Below are positions 19,501 to 28,014 of a stretch of 64,000 bases of DNA, one piece after another. Both the position numbers and the translations under genes were made by a program. This stretch comes from Candidatus Iainarchaeum sp. Lineage in GTDB: Archaea > B1Sed10-29 > WALL01. Location: positions 1 to 64,000 of the forward strand of contig JAGMCR010000004.1 of the NCBI GenBank assembly GCA_023129115.1. Direction: 5' to 3'. The notes under the pieces were generated by a model. The model made no database searches and was not told the DNA's origin. It saw only the letters and a program-made list of their open reading frames with translations. Position 1 is the stretch's first letter, and every line of letters begins with the position of its first letter.

Positions 19501-21407
19501 ACGTCACTGGCTCCACGGTCGACAACTCGACAGTCACCGACTCGACAGTCACTCGCTCGGACGTCACCGACTCCACTGTCACCCGCTCGAATGTCACCGA
19601 CTCCACTGTCACTCGCTCGAATGTCACCGACTCGACGGTGTACAAATCGAACATAACGGACTCGACCATCACGAACTCCACAGTGCTCAACTCGACAGTG
19701 ACCAACTCCACGGTAAAGGACCTGCTCGTCGAGGACGCGAACATCACCAACGGCTGGCTCGAGAGCGGCTGCGTCACGTACAAGGGCTACAAGTACTGTG
19801 TGCCCCCGAACCCGCGCAAGAAAATCGAGGACATAAAGACACTCAGCCCGCCCACAGCGAACGCGGGCCCGGACCAGATGGTCCCGGCCAACACAATCGT
19901 TACCTTCAACGGCGGTGGCAGCACTGACGACAAGGGCATTAACAACTACTCGTGGCAGATAGTCGGCGGAGCAGCCATCGGCACGGGCGTGTCGCCCACC
20001 AACAACTTCACGTCCACTGGCGTGTACACTATCACGCTCACCGTGAACGACACCGACGGGCTCATCGACAGTGACAACATGACCGTCGCGGTCTACAACT
20101 CCAGCGCGACGTCGCCAGACCTCGCGGTCAACGACGACGGGTTCAGCCTCGGCTCCCCGGTAGTGGGCGGCAAGCCCATCAACGCCACGGTCAAGCTCTA
20201 CAACCTCGGCAGCACGGCCTACAACTTCACGGTCAGGATGAACTACTCCACGGCCAACAACACCGACAGGTTCTTCGCGAGCATGGCGAACGGCACCAGC
20301 ACGCCGGTCAGGATGACGCTTGTCCTGCCGGGCGGCAGCTTCACACTCACCGCAGTCGCGGACGTGTTCAACAACGTGACAGAGTCCAACGAGACCAACA
20401 ACGTCGCCAGAATGAGCTTCACGGGCGTGAACCTCGCGCCGACCGCATCGTTCACAGCGTCCGCCACCACCATAGACAAGGGTGACTCCATCACCTTCAA
20501 TGCAAGCGCGAGCACCGACCCGGACGGCACAATCACGTCCTATGCCTGGAACTTCGGCGACGGGAAGGCGGGAAGCGGTGTGGCCAACACACACCAGTTT
20601 ACGTCAAGCGGCACCTACACAGTGCGCCTCACCGTGACGGACAACAACGGCGGCACCGACCGCGCGACAATGACAATACGCGTGAAGGGTACGCCAGGCC
20701 CCAACCCAACAGGCCCGTCGGGCACTTCCGGGAGCAGCACCGACACGACGCCGTCCGTCCCGACAGTGCCAACCGTCCCGGGCAACGAGACCGAGGAAGA
20801 GATTTACATCGACAACCTCGTTACCTACGAGGTCGGCGACTTCATCATAACCAGGGATTACTTCTACAGCCCCAAGACGGGTGAAGGCTGGTACACGCTC
20901 AACGTCGAGAACACGGGCGACCGCAAGGTCATCCGCCTTGAGGACGCCAACCCGTACGGCGCGTCCGCGGACGAGTCGCCTGACTACACAGAGGGCAACA
21001 GGCTCGGCTGGGAAAGGGACTTCGGCGAGGGCAGCTCGTTCGAGGTCACCTACGACTTCAGCGAAGAGCTCACGCCCAGCGAGGTCAAGAGCATTGGCGT
21101 GCCCCTCATCGAGGACATAACGCCTGCCCCGCCCGCACCGGCGCCAACCCCGGAGCCGACGCCAGAGCCGCCCACCAGCCCGCTCACTGGCCTGCTCACT
21201 TTCCTGGAGCCGGACTTCTGGAGCGGCTGGATTGCGACGCTCGTCATGCTGGCCCTCGTGGTCCTCGTGGCCGCGGGATGGGTAATCTTCAAGGAGCAGG
21301 GCTACAGCATTTCCATGACCGGGACCCTGTTCGGCGACACTCCTGACTCCCTCGAGGAGCTGGACTTCAACCAGCCCAGCAACTACGCCGAGGGCACTCT
21401 CTACTAA
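13581..21407 (+). CDS. Giant surface glycoprotein or adhesin (about 2608 aa): beta-propeller-like N-terminus, cadherin/Ig-like repeats, pentapeptide solenoid, PKD and CARDB-like domains, C-terminal transmembrane helix
   Basis: Signal peptide; PVND(A/K)P and D.DGD.L cadherin-like repeats; AYD.A.N Ig-like repeats with dense N-x-S/T sequons; WNFGDG...GTYTVRLTVTD PKD; ESNETNN CARDB; TM followed by an acidic tail. Confidence 0.9.
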   Translation: MNKTLSILLSMLLLTSVVSAAFIGGNFKALQDKIKESAGEAAAPVDDTADTNHNKENIIVVRPINPAAAKPDPVDTGLPSDEDFEGTPGGDTTPPMVMALASATTAPIKEDHSVVVVGLKNGDIHAYDSQSMKKLWFDVTTHKKWIQDIQFYNETFGSKEHDIVYIAGDGKVSRHFSNNGTKIRDYDFSTNGELIYSVAIDSGNIYAGDGNGKLYKMAKSGNTPTWTRQVFTKPSQFDYEWDNVYAVRLSGENLYVAGGTGFVYEYNTDGTRLATIFRESDSSNGANDVDASKMYCIEEYSGTLYFPDSTTQTNHITVVDDGDIEAYPSSNRITADYQTKIYNIAVAGGWLFTAQKNKEVAAYKISEKAAKPPLKHATGEVYDVEATDKYLFTGSADNKLRRYTVNYANSNPASGTPDTYTLSDDISAIGAEYNVETTNENPQIVKPLSDQTINEDAPAKELFPVTDHFADFETGSLGYSISIADDTLAALDVNGNGYVTAAGKTNQNGASMVTITATDGSKSATGTFKLTVKPVNDKPAYDNNFPAYVEVTEDTPKTVISNLNNHFSDADGDTLSFEVDTIADDTLLSASVPANTDDLYISPKSNKHGSTTVTIKAMDNQGLMSYALGTLTVKVVSDNDGPYLTVDNIQNQYLVEDEQDKKLFIPDSYFDDKDGDTLIYTFTPADATLATVTCVNGYAVASGLKDQTGNTIVTVNASDNKDFILANFTLYVTPVNDAPYLNNTIPHQYVDEDIAETIIDDLGDYFADVDNAKSELKYSLSVSDTSLFKASPANGGIGIRITPQENQNGTGTVNVTVRDPDSASNWTSFKVTVNEINDWPKKHTELEDKHIPEGSKNRVLFGDLDQYFYDPDGENLSYDPDGRGGRRGIGGDNDIGIIPGIGGGAGPGIGPGTNLPDIPFDPCADWEDNDRGIKEGNDPGNARPIDDPCRPRPKPLAYEVDPTYDTGLVEVWTVGSKVYANTTTPDGVGQTSVTIIAKDRMNATNQSTFILFVDEANDAPVLVNYTLPNAYVNVSYYYDVDATDADGDTLTYFTNDTSLFTIDPQTGEISFLPAQADVGSYAYRISVTDGLMTDHQDVTLLVIDNLDPDVTITSPVNNSYVSTLASANQLNLTYTSTATDIAYYNVSMDNGAWINNSLNMYHTFTVATDGAHNMTVVAHDGSANTGPSWVNFTLDNTVPDVNITSINGIAPPVNNSNFTTPSITLRWAGTDNYGISYYTINGVDVGTNTSHNTTLPDGTYTYTVVAYDLANNTDADSITFNIDATPPDVNITYPDNNGYVNSNVFNVTWIGTGVSYYVDNSSTNVGLATNDLQNLPDGNYTYTVTAYDSFGNTDSDTANFTVDTKSPRVTITSPLNITYGASWVWVNATTNETASWCGYSLDNALNVTMSGSGTSWYYNASGLGDGAHNVTVYCNDSADNFGSDSEYFSVLTTGPTVTITYPNVLYISTGVFNVTWFGTGVNYYTNNSSANIGLAVYEAQNLTEGVYTYTVTAFNAAGANASDTVGFTVDMTPPTIVIDYPANGATIGTRFPTLIWNGTDNYGIDHYTINTTAGDFDVGNVTNHTLSLPGNGNYSYNVTAYDLANNTASAIVSFTVNTSPPSNVTITYPLDNQYLNDGNITITWNSTGDVSYYMLNALNVSTNESHNVSRGDGNYLYTVTAYNPAGNDSDSVNFTVDLFDSVVTIQTPADGANLTDGNVSITWNSSDNYGVQYYTVNGTGVGLNETYNVTLGTGIYTYIVVAYDLAGNNGSDSVTFNVTVVSSCNLIINSTLDTTFVSYYKGGDVTYGNTIIQTCSTVKNSTITNSTITNSTVIQSNISDTTLVGATVIKNSYIDPSDVQDSTVSESTVLNSTVYNSTVTNHSRIVRSHVEWSTSNNSTVTDSTVLYSNIYRSWVELSNVTRSNVTDSTVYNSTVTDSDVTSSTVNGSTVTDSTVTTSDVTGSTVTDSTVTTSDVTGSTVDNSTVTDSTVTRSDVTDSTVTRSNVTDSTVTRSNVTDSTVYKSNITDSTITNSTVLNSTVTNSTVKDLLVEDANITNGWLESGCVTYKGYKYCVPPNPRKKIEDIKTLSPPTANAGPDQMVPANTIVTFNGGGSTDDKGINNYSWQIVGGAAIGTGVSPTNNFTSTGVYTITLTVNDTDGLIDSDNMTVAVYNSSATSPDLAVNDDGFSLGSPVVGGKPINATVKLYNLGSTAYNFTVRMNYSTANNTDRFFASMANGTSTPVRMTLVLPGGSFTLTAVADVFNNVTESNETNNVARMSFTGVNLAPTASFTASATTIDKGDSITFNASASTDPDGTITSYAWNFGDGKAGSGVANTHQFTSSGTYTVRLTVTDNNGGTDRATMTIRVKGTPGPNPTGPSGTSGSSTDTTPSVPTVPTVPGNETEEEIYIDNLVTYEVGDFIITRDYFYSPKTGEGWYTLNVENTGDRKVIRLEDANPYGASADESPDYTEGNRLGWERDFGEGSSFEVTYDFSEELTPSEVKSIGVPLIEDITPAPPAPAPTPEPTPEPPTSPLTGLLTFLEPDFWSGWIATLVMLALVVLVAAGWVIFKEQGYSISMTGTLFGDTPDSLEELDFNQPSNYAEGTLY
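19030..19720 (+). repeat. Coding pentapeptide tandem repeat (S-x-V-T-x)n, including a perfect 45-bp duplication
   Basis: STVTD/SNVTD/STVTR units; GGCTCGACTGTCACTGACTCCACCGTGACAACTTCGGACGTCACT occurs twice near 19419-19508. Confidence 0.9.
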
Positions 21408-21412
21408 GGAAG

Positions 21413-22558
21413 GTGAGCCAAGTGAACCTGAAGCACATCGTGTTTGGGCTCCTGATGCTGATTGCCGCAGCCCATGCAGCGCAATGCAGCGCCATCTCGC
21501 TCGACGGCGACCACCTAAGGTACGTCGAGCAGTACCAGGAGATTACTGTCCCACTGACCGCAACGAGCGACTGCCTCGCCAGCTACGACGCCACGGTGTT
21601 CTCGGACCTCCCGGTCGAGCTCACTCCCGCCTCGTTTGACATTGACCACTCGACCAAAACAATAAAGGCGTCCATCAAGCCCGGCGCGGCCAAGCCAGGC
21701 CTCTACACCGTCCACATACTCGTGGAGTCCAGGCAGGACATAGCCCGCGAAGAGTTCGTGGTCAAGGTGATAGAGACAGAGGACCCACTGCTCACCGCGG
21801 AAGCGCCTGCAGTGATGCGCATCCAGGAGACCGAAGAGTTCACAATCCCTGTTTCAGTCACGAACCGCGGCAAGACCGTGCTCAACAACGTCGTGACCTT
21901 CATCGACGAGAAGGGCGAGGAGCGCAGGTTCGCGGAAGAGCTGCAGTCGCTCCAGCCAGGCGAGACCAAGACAGTCAACTTCGACTACCCGGCACGCCCA
22001 CGCGGCGAGCACGCCTTCAACTACACTGCCACGGCAGGCGAGTACCGCTTCGTTGGGCAGGTCACGGTCACGTCGCTCACCGACAACTACCCGCTCTCGT
22101 CCATGATAACAGTCACCGGGCACGACAAGGGCTACAGGATAGCCTATCTCGTCAAGAACATCGGCCCGAACCGCCTCGACAGCCTGTTCCTCACAATCGA
22201 GGACGCGCCGTCGGACTGGAGCATTGTCTCGCCCCCCGAATTCTCCCTCGCCCCCTCCTCTGGGGCAATCGAAATGGAGCTGATTGTGGAGCCCGGCGAG
22301 CAGGACAGCGCAAGCGTCCACGTAGCGCTCTACGAGGGCAGCGGCCTGCTCGCAGAGGACGCGGTCGAGCTCTCACAGGCCCGGCTTAGCGGCACGGGCC
22401 TCATCAGCTTCGCAGAGTCGTTTGAAATCGGGCTCATTGTGCTGCTGCTCGCAGTGGTCGTGTTCCTGGGCTGGGACCTCCGCACCAAGGCCCGCAAGAA
22501 GAACATCAGCCTGCGCAGCCTAGTGCCAGAGTGGCTTGGGTCATACTGGCCGTTCTAA
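21413..22558 (+). CDS. Secreted membrane-anchored Ig-fold (CARDB/NEW3-like) protein
   Basis: Signal peptide, VTNRG..VLNNV and SLQPGETKTV motifs, C-terminal TM; follows the giant gene by 5 bp. Confidence 0.75.
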   Translation: MSQVNLKHIVFGLLMLIAAAHAAQCSAISLDGDHLRYVEQYQEITVPLTATSDCLASYDATVFSDLPVELTPASFDIDHSTKTIKASIKPGAAKPGLYTVHILVESRQDIAREEFVVKVIETEDPLLTAEAPAVMRIQETEEFTIPVSVTNRGKTVLNNVVTFIDEKGEERRFAEELQSLQPGETKTVNFDYPARPRGEHAFNYTATAGEYRFVGQVTVTSLTDNYPLSSMITVTGHDKGYRIAYLVKNIGPNRLDSLFLTIEDAPSDWSIVSPPEFSLAPSSGAIEMELIVEPGEQDSASVHVALYEGSGLLAEDAVELSQARLSGTGLISFAESFEIGLIVLLLAVVVFLGWDLRTKARKKNISLRSLVPEWLGSYWPF

Positions 22559-22631
22559 CGTTTTTGAGGGTTGGGAGCCATTCCCGCAAGCATCTCCGCC
22601 CCCTTTGGGGGGCTTGTTCTTGGCTCCCCCC

Positions 22632-23078
22632 TCAATTTATCCCTTTTGAAAACAGTATTGCCGGCTCTCCACTCGAGTAGTGGCCCGGCACAAAGCCCTT
22701 CCTCTCGAAGCCAAGCGTGGTATAGAACGCCATCGCTTCCTTGCTGCGCGGGTGGCAAAACAAGACCAGCTCTTTTTTCCCGAGCTCCAGCGCTTTCGCC
22801 ATTGCCACGTCCAGCAGGGCAGCGCCGATTCCCTTGCCCTGGTGCTCCTTCTTCACCTCAATTGAATGCACTTCTATCTTCTCAGGCGCCTTCGGGTCCA
22901 GCGCGATGTAACCCACCGCCTCTCCATTCTCTTCCGCGAGGAAGACCAGCATGCTGTCGTGCAGCATCTTCCTGATGCTCTCCTCGTCGTGCTCCAGCTC
23001 GGGCACAGCGTACCCGCTTTTTCCGGCGATGCGCCCAATCGCGAGCGCGTCCGCGTGGCCAGCCTCCCGTATGTTCAC
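22632..23078 (-). CDS. GNAT acetyltransferase
   Basis: V...HQGKGIGAALL acetyl-CoA motif, AMAFY..LGF. Confidence 0.9.
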   Translation of the reverse strand: MNIREAGHADALAIGRIAGKSGYAVPELEHDEESIRKMLHDSMLVFLAEENGEAVGYIALDPKAPEKIEVHSIEVKKEHQGKGIGAALLDVAMAKALELGKKELVLFCHPRSKEAMAFYTTLGFERKGFVPGHYSSGEPAILFSKGIN

Positions 23079-23584
23079 GGGCTGAACCTCTCAATCTTAT
23101 AATAAGTAATGTCGCCCTCCTTGTCGACGAGGGCGTAAATCATTTTCTTGCGGACGTTCTGCGCCAGCCGCACCTTCCCAGAGAAAGTGTGGAAGTCGCA
23201 CTTGAACTCCTCCGGCACGCAGTGCACCAGCCAAATCGCGTGCGCCTCCCCCGGGCGGACGCCCCTCCCGTACACGCGGTAGTGCGTGCCAAACTTGAAC
23301 CCGGTCTTCACGACGTAGCCCCTGCCACGCAGGTCCCGGTAAACAATATACTTCCTCGGGAACTCCTTGTCGCTGCGGCTGAACGACTTCATCATCCCGT
23401 TGAAGTCCAGCTCCTTCTTCCCGCTCGTGACCACGAAGCTCTTGCGCTTTTCCTTGAGGAACAGCGCCTCCTCCGGGGACAGGAAGACCTTGCCGTCCTT
23501 CTCCTCGCCGAAGCCCCGGCCCGCCAGCTCCTTGGCCTCCTTCTCGTCAGTCACCCAGACGCGCCCCTTGATTATTATTGCCAT
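23075..23584 (-). CDS. endA: tRNA-intron (splicing) endonuclease, single-unit catalytic subunit
   Basis: VYRDLRGRGY, TGFKFG.HYRVY, catalytic His (EAHA), RLA..VRK; 169 aa. Confidence 0.93.
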   Translation of the reverse strand: MAIIIKGRVWVTDEKEAKELAGRGFGEEKDGKVFLSPEEALFLKEKRKSFVVTSGKKELDFNGMMKSFSRSDKEFPRKYIVYRDLRGRGYVVKTGFKFGTHYRVYGRGVRPGEAHAIWLVHCVPEEFKCDFHTFSGKVRLAQNVRKKMIYALVDKEGDITYYKIERFSP

Positions 23585-24756
23585 GTCCCGCCCCCATAGT
23601 CCTCGAGGAACTTCAGCCCGACTGCCCCGACGGCCTCGCGGTGCTCCCCGGGGCAGAACGCGATGACGTTCATGTAGTCCCACTGTGCCTCCTTCAGCAG
23701 CCGCGTTATCAGGCTCGTCTCGTCAAGCGAGTAGTAGTCGCCGCCCTTCAGCACGCGGATGCCAACGTCCCTGAACCACGGCCGGGGGATGTAAAGCATG
23801 ACCTCGTCCGCGCCAATCCCTGCCTTCTCGGCAATCGACTCCTCGGCCTCGTGCATTTCCTTCTCGCCCATGTCCCCAAGATAAAGCCAGTTCCTGAAGT
23901 CCTTCATCTTCTGCTGCGCCGCGGACTTGTAAATCTTCCTTGCCTGCAGCCGCCCCGCCAGCTCGGCCGCGAGGCCGCCCCCATCGGCCAGCCTGCTCAT
24001 GAGCTGCCAGTCGTCCAGCTGCGTGAGCTCTTCCGCCCTCGTGTTGCCCGCGGCTATCGACGCCTCTGCCGCGCGGACGAGCATCACTTCCGTGCTCTTG
24101 GCCACGGGATGAAAGTAAATGTTGGAGTACATCAGGAAGCGCGCCATCAGCATGGCCTCTGCCGCGCTCACGCCCTTTTCCTCGAGCAGGACGCCGTCGT
24201 CCCTGATTATCAGCTTCCGCAGTATCCTGTCGGCATCGACAGACCCGTACGCCACGCCCGTGTAGTACGAGTCCCTCAGCAAGTAGTCCATCTTGTCCGT
24301 GCCGAGGTAGCCCAGAATCGCTTTGCCGATGGGCTTGTCGTAAATCGACGCGATGCTGTCCGGCGAAACGCCGTTCTCCCCCAGCACTTCCGCGATTTTC
24401 CCCCCAATGATTTTTTCCTTGGTGTGCTCCTCGTGGTTCTTGCCCGTGTGCTTCTCCATCACGCCCTCGAGCGCGTGCGAGAACGCGGAGTGGCCAATGT
24501 CGTGCAGCAGCGCCGCAATGACGAGCTTGCTGCCCTCTGGCTTGGGCAAATGGTTCAGGAAGCACCCGCGGCTCATCAAGTAATAAGTCCCGATTGAGTG
24601 CTCGAACCGCGTGTGGTTCGCGCCGGGGTAAATCATGTTGCTGAAAGACGTCTGCGCCACGCGCCTGAGCCTCTGCATGGTCTCGGTGTCGAGCAGCTCT
24701 CCCGCTATCGAGCTGATGAATACGTCGCCGTGAATGCTGTCCTTTATCCACCTCAC
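23575..24756 (-). CDS. HD-superfamily phosphohydrolase (SAMHD1/YdhJ-like)
   Basis: D.IHG, QRLRRV.Q, HTRFEHSIG, LLHDIGH, DKMDYLLRDS. Confidence 0.9.
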   Translation of the reverse strand: MRWIKDSIHGDVFISSIAGELLDTETMQRLRRVAQTSFSNMIYPGANHTRFEHSIGTYYLMSRGCFLNHLPKPEGSKLVIAALLHDIGHSAFSHALEGVMEKHTGKNHEEHTKEKIIGGKIAEVLGENGVSPDSIASIYDKPIGKAILGYLGTDKMDYLLRDSYYTGVAYGSVDADRILRKLIIRDDGVLLEEKGVSAAEAMLMARFLMYSNIYFHPVAKSTEVMLVRAAEASIAAGNTRAEELTQLDDWQLMSRLADGGGLAAELAGRLQARKIYKSAAQQKMKDFRNWLYLGDMGEKEMHEAEESIAEKAGIGADEVMLYIPRPWFRDVGIRVLKGGDYYSLDETSLITRLLKEAQWDYMNVIAFCPGEHREAVGAVGLKFLEDYGGGTWQ

Positions 24757-24823
24757 GCGTTAATTGCTGGCCGCCCGGTTTTTAACAGTTACCCTTATAA
24801 GCCCTTTTTGAATTAGCTAGCAC

Positions 24824-25891
24824 ATGCAGCTCAACCCGTGGGGCAGCGAGTCAATCAAGGACTACGACAAGCTAACCCACGAATTTGGGATGCAGAGGAT
24901 GCCAGACCTCGGCATCGACAACCACTACTTCCGCCGCGGCATCATCTTCGGCCACCGCGACTTCGACAAGTTCTGGAAGGACTTCAAGGCAAAAAAGCCC
25001 GTGTCAATCCTGACGGGCATAATGCCCTCGGGGCCAATGCACTTCGGCCACAAAATGGTCGTGGACCAGTGCGTCTTCTACCAAAACCAGGGCATCAAGA
25101 CCAGGGTCCTCGTCGCCGACGTCGAGGCGCGCACGACCCGCGGGACTACCAAAGAAGACGCAGAGCGCTACGCGCTCGAGGAATACCTCCCAAACTGGAT
25201 AGCGCTCGGCCTCGACCCCAAAAAATCAGTCATCTACGCCCAGTCCAACTACGGCGTGCCCTACTACTCCTTCTACTCCCTCCTCTCCGGCAGGACAACG
25301 CTCAACGAGATGCAGGCAGTGTACGGCGAGCTCTCGCCAGGGAAAATCATGTCCGCCATGGTCCAGATGGGCGACATACTCCACCCGCAATTGCCCGACT
25401 ACGATGGGCCAAGCCGCGTGCTCGTCCCGGTCGGCGCGGACCAGGACCCCCACATTCGCCTCGCCCGTGACCTCGCCGAAAAAGAGCACCTCGTGAAGCC
25501 CGCCGCGACGTTCCACCGCTTCGCCACCGGCATCGGGGGCAGCAAAATGAGCTCGTCAAAGCCCAACAGCTACATCTCGCTCAACGACCCCATTGAAGTC
25601 GCCGTGAAGAAGGCACTCAACGCACTCACTGGCGGCTGCAACACCGCCGCCGAGCAAAAAGAGACGGGCGGAAAAATCGAGGAGTGCGTCGTCTACGAGC
25701 TGTACGCCTACCACTTCATGCCGGACGACAAGGAGCTCACCGAAATCTACCGCAAGTGCACGAGCGGCGAAATGCTCTGCGGCGAGTGCAAGAGAATCCT
25801 CCGGGAAAAAGTCGAGAAGTTCATGAAGGCCCACGCCGCCAAGCGCGAGAAGGCAAAGAAGCAAGTCGAGAAAATGGGGGTGTTCAGGTGA
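24824..25891 (+). CDS. trpS: Tryptophan--tRNA ligase
   Basis: PSGPMHFGH (HIGH), VPVGADQDPH, KMSSS, CGECK. Confidence 0.95.
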   Translation: MQLNPWGSESIKDYDKLTHEFGMQRMPDLGIDNHYFRRGIIFGHRDFDKFWKDFKAKKPVSILTGIMPSGPMHFGHKMVVDQCVFYQNQGIKTRVLVADVEARTTRGTTKEDAERYALEEYLPNWIALGLDPKKSVIYAQSNYGVPYYSFYSLLSGRTTLNEMQAVYGELSPGKIMSAMVQMGDILHPQLPDYDGPSRVLVPVGADQDPHIRLARDLAEKEHLVKPAATFHRFATGIGGSKMSSSKPNSYISLNDPIEVAVKKALNALTGGCNTAAEQKETGGKIEECVVYELYAYHFMPDDKELTEIYRKCTSGEMLCGECKRILREKVEKFMKAHAAKREKAKKQVEKMGVFR

Positions 25892-26523
25892 TTGGAAAGC
25901 CCCTCCGCAAGTGGGCAGAAAAAAACGTCACCAACCCCATTGGCGCCCTGCTCGCCAAGACGGGCATCACCCCAAACCAGTTCACCATGCTCTCAATCCC
26001 CGTCGTGCTCGCCGCCGCGTACTTCATCTACATCCGCGACTGGCCGATGGCGCTTGTGCTGGTCGTCGTTTCAATCATCTGGGACAACTTCGACGGCGCA
26101 ATCGCCCGCGCCACGAACCGCGTCACGAAGTTTGGCTCCTACCTCGACTACATGATTGACAAAGTCGTCGAGCTCACGATTTACACCGCGTTCGCGCTCG
26201 CCGGCTACCCCGCCGAGTCCATAATCGCCGCGAGCCTCAACATGCTCAACAGCGTCGCCAAGCCCGCCGTCGCAATCCGCATCCCAATGGGCAACGAGGA
26301 CTGGCCCGCAATCGGCGAGCGCTCCGAGCGAATGCTCCTGCTCATGATTGGAATGGCGGCCGCAATCTTCTACCCACAAATCGCGGGCTACGAAACCATC
26401 TCAGTCGCCATCTGGCTCGTCGCGCTGCTCTGCCTCATCGGCACAGCCCAGAGAATGCTCTTCGCCCGCAAGCTCATCGCTGGCTACGAAAAGACGCACA
26501 AAAAGCAGATGATTAGAACTTAG
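25888..26523 (+). CDS. CDP-alcohol phosphatidyltransferase
   Basis: ITPNQFT, D.FDG.IAR......FG..LD...D motif; GTGA overlap with trpS. Confidence 0.9.
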   Translation: MIGKPLRKWAEKNVTNPIGALLAKTGITPNQFTMLSIPVVLAAAYFIYIRDWPMALVLVVVSIIWDNFDGAIARATNRVTKFGSYLDYMIDKVVELTIYTAFALAGYPAESIIAASLNMLNSVAKPAVAIRIPMGNEDWPAIGERSERMLLLMIGMAAAIFYPQIAGYETISVAIWLVALLCLIGTAQRMLFARKLIAGYEKTHKKQMIRT

Positions 26524-27148
26524 GGAACATCGGCGTCCCCTTCAATCTGCGGTACACCCTGCTCGTGAGCGCGGCCACACTCGCCCTGCCGTGCGCACTC
26601 GTTTTTCCCTTCCTTATGTCCCCAAAAACATCTTTCCCGCACTCTGTCCACGCACTCCCCATCTCCGCCTTGGTGTGCGCGTCGCTCCCCCCAGTCACTG
26701 TGACCCCCAGCTCCTTCGCGACCTTCTTGGCCTTGCTGTTCCCAACAAAGCTCTTGCCGTTAATCGCCTCGATGCCGTCGACGCCAATCTCGCGCCACTT
26801 GTCGCCCATGCCGTGCCGTGTGTAGTCGTACGGGTGCGCGGCAATCGCCAACCCCTTCTGCCTGTGGATTTCCTTCACCGTTTTTTCCGCTGGCATGTAC
26901 GCCTTGATTATCTTCGTGGCCCCCAACCCGAGCAAGTGCCCGTCCTGCGTCGACACCTCAATGCCCGGGATGAAAACCAAGCCCGCCTCCTTCGCGAGCT
27001 TTGCCGCCTCCTTGTTCCCCGCGACAGAGTTGTGGTCCGTGAGCGCGAACCCGGCGAACCCCAATTCCTTTATTCTGCCGATAATGTCCTGCACAGTCAT
27101 CAGCGAATCAGCGGAATGCACGGAGTGCACGTGCAGGTCGAATTTCAT
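26513..27148 (-). CDS. PHP-domain phosphoesterase
   Basis: DLHVHS, TDHN, GIEVST..GH, AHPY, GGSDAH. Confidence 0.9.
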   Translation of the reverse strand: MKFDLHVHSVHSADSLMTVQDIIGRIKELGFAGFALTDHNSVAGNKEAAKLAKEAGLVFIPGIEVSTQDGHLLGLGATKIIKAYMPAEKTVKEIHRQKGLAIAAHPYDYTRHGMGDKWREIGVDGIEAINGKSFVGNSKAKKVAKELGVTVTGGSDAHTKAEMGSAWTECGKDVFGDIRKGKTSAHGRASVAALTSRVYRRLKGTPMFPKF

Positions 27149-27627
27149 TTCAGCCTCTTGAACATGTAAATCTGGTCGTCGCCTTCTTCGTAAACATCCG
27201 GGATTCTACCGGCAACTTTGAATCCCTGCTTCTTGTAGAACTTCACGGATCCACCTTGTTCTTCCTCGCCGCTCGTGAAGAGACAGAACAACCTGCCGCC
27301 TCGTTTGCGTGCTTCGCCTTCCGCTTTCTCGTAAAGTCTGGTGCCGAGCCCGTCTCCCTGGAACTCTTTTTTGACTGCGATATAACCCAGCCAGTAAACG
27401 TCTTTGACACATTCTTTACAGCTGTGAATACCAACTACTCCAACCACTTTTCCTTTTTCTTCGGCCACCCAGTACTTGAGGCAGTGATAGACAGGGTTCC
27501 GGATTTTTGAGTCAAGACTAACCCTGAAATAGCTCTTCGAAGACTTTTCTTCCCATGGATAAGTATGCTCCCCGAACACTTTCGACGCGGCGTTAATGTC
27601 TTTCTTCTGGAGCGCCCGTATCCTCAT
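27145..27627 (-). CDS. GNAT acetyltransferase
   Basis: IAV...FQGDGLGTRL, KFYKKQGF. Confidence 0.88.
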   Translation of the reverse strand: MRIRALQKKDINAASKVFGEHTYPWEEKSSKSYFRVSLDSKIRNPVYHCLKYWVAEEKGKVVGVVGIHSCKECVKDVYWLGYIAVKKEFQGDGLGTRLYEKAEGEARKRGGRLFCLFTSGEEEQGGSVKFYKKQGFKVAGRIPDVYEEGDDQIYMFKRLK

Positions 27628-27884
27628 CACAGCGCCCCCAAGTGGTACCCCTCTATCTCGAAGTACCCCGCGAGCACTCCCGCGTCGATGAACCCGTGCG
27701 CGTACGCAATCGCCTCAAGCGCAGTGGCATAGTCCCCCTGCTCGGCGTAGTGCTTCGCGTCCGCAATGTAGTCCCTCGCGAACTGGAGAAAAGTGCCACT
27801 CACCTGGCCCTTCTCGACCTGCCTTAATTTTTCCATCGCTTCCCCGGTAATCCGGAGGCACAGCTCGTACTTTTCCTGGCTCAC
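27627..27884 (-). CDS. DUF357 family protein
   Basis: A.DY..DA.HY...GD...ALEA..YAHGFIDAG motif; GTG start inferred. Confidence 0.85.
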   Translation of the reverse strand: MSQEKYELCLRITGEAMEKLRQVEKGQVSGTFLQFARDYIADAKHYAEQGDYATALEAIAYAHGFIDAGVLAGYFEIEGYHLGAL

Positions 27885-28014
27885 GCTAGTGCTTATGGGC
27901 TTGGGAAATAAAAAGAGGTAAGGGCGGGGGGCATTGGCGAGGGACCTGGGCGTTGACTTGGGGTCAACGCCAATCCACTCGTCCAGTCGCGCCCGCCGCC
28001 GGGTTTGACGCGTC

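Noticed and set aside
19030-19720. Regular short repeats as a possible CRISPR array
   Set aside because: The repeats are in-frame coding units with no unique spacers, and there are no cas genes in the window.
14505-20594. Long antisense ORFs (697, 427 and 435 aa) opposite the giant surface gene
   Set aside because: These are shadow frames caused by strong C-ending codon bias; they are V/G/R-rich with no recognisable motifs.
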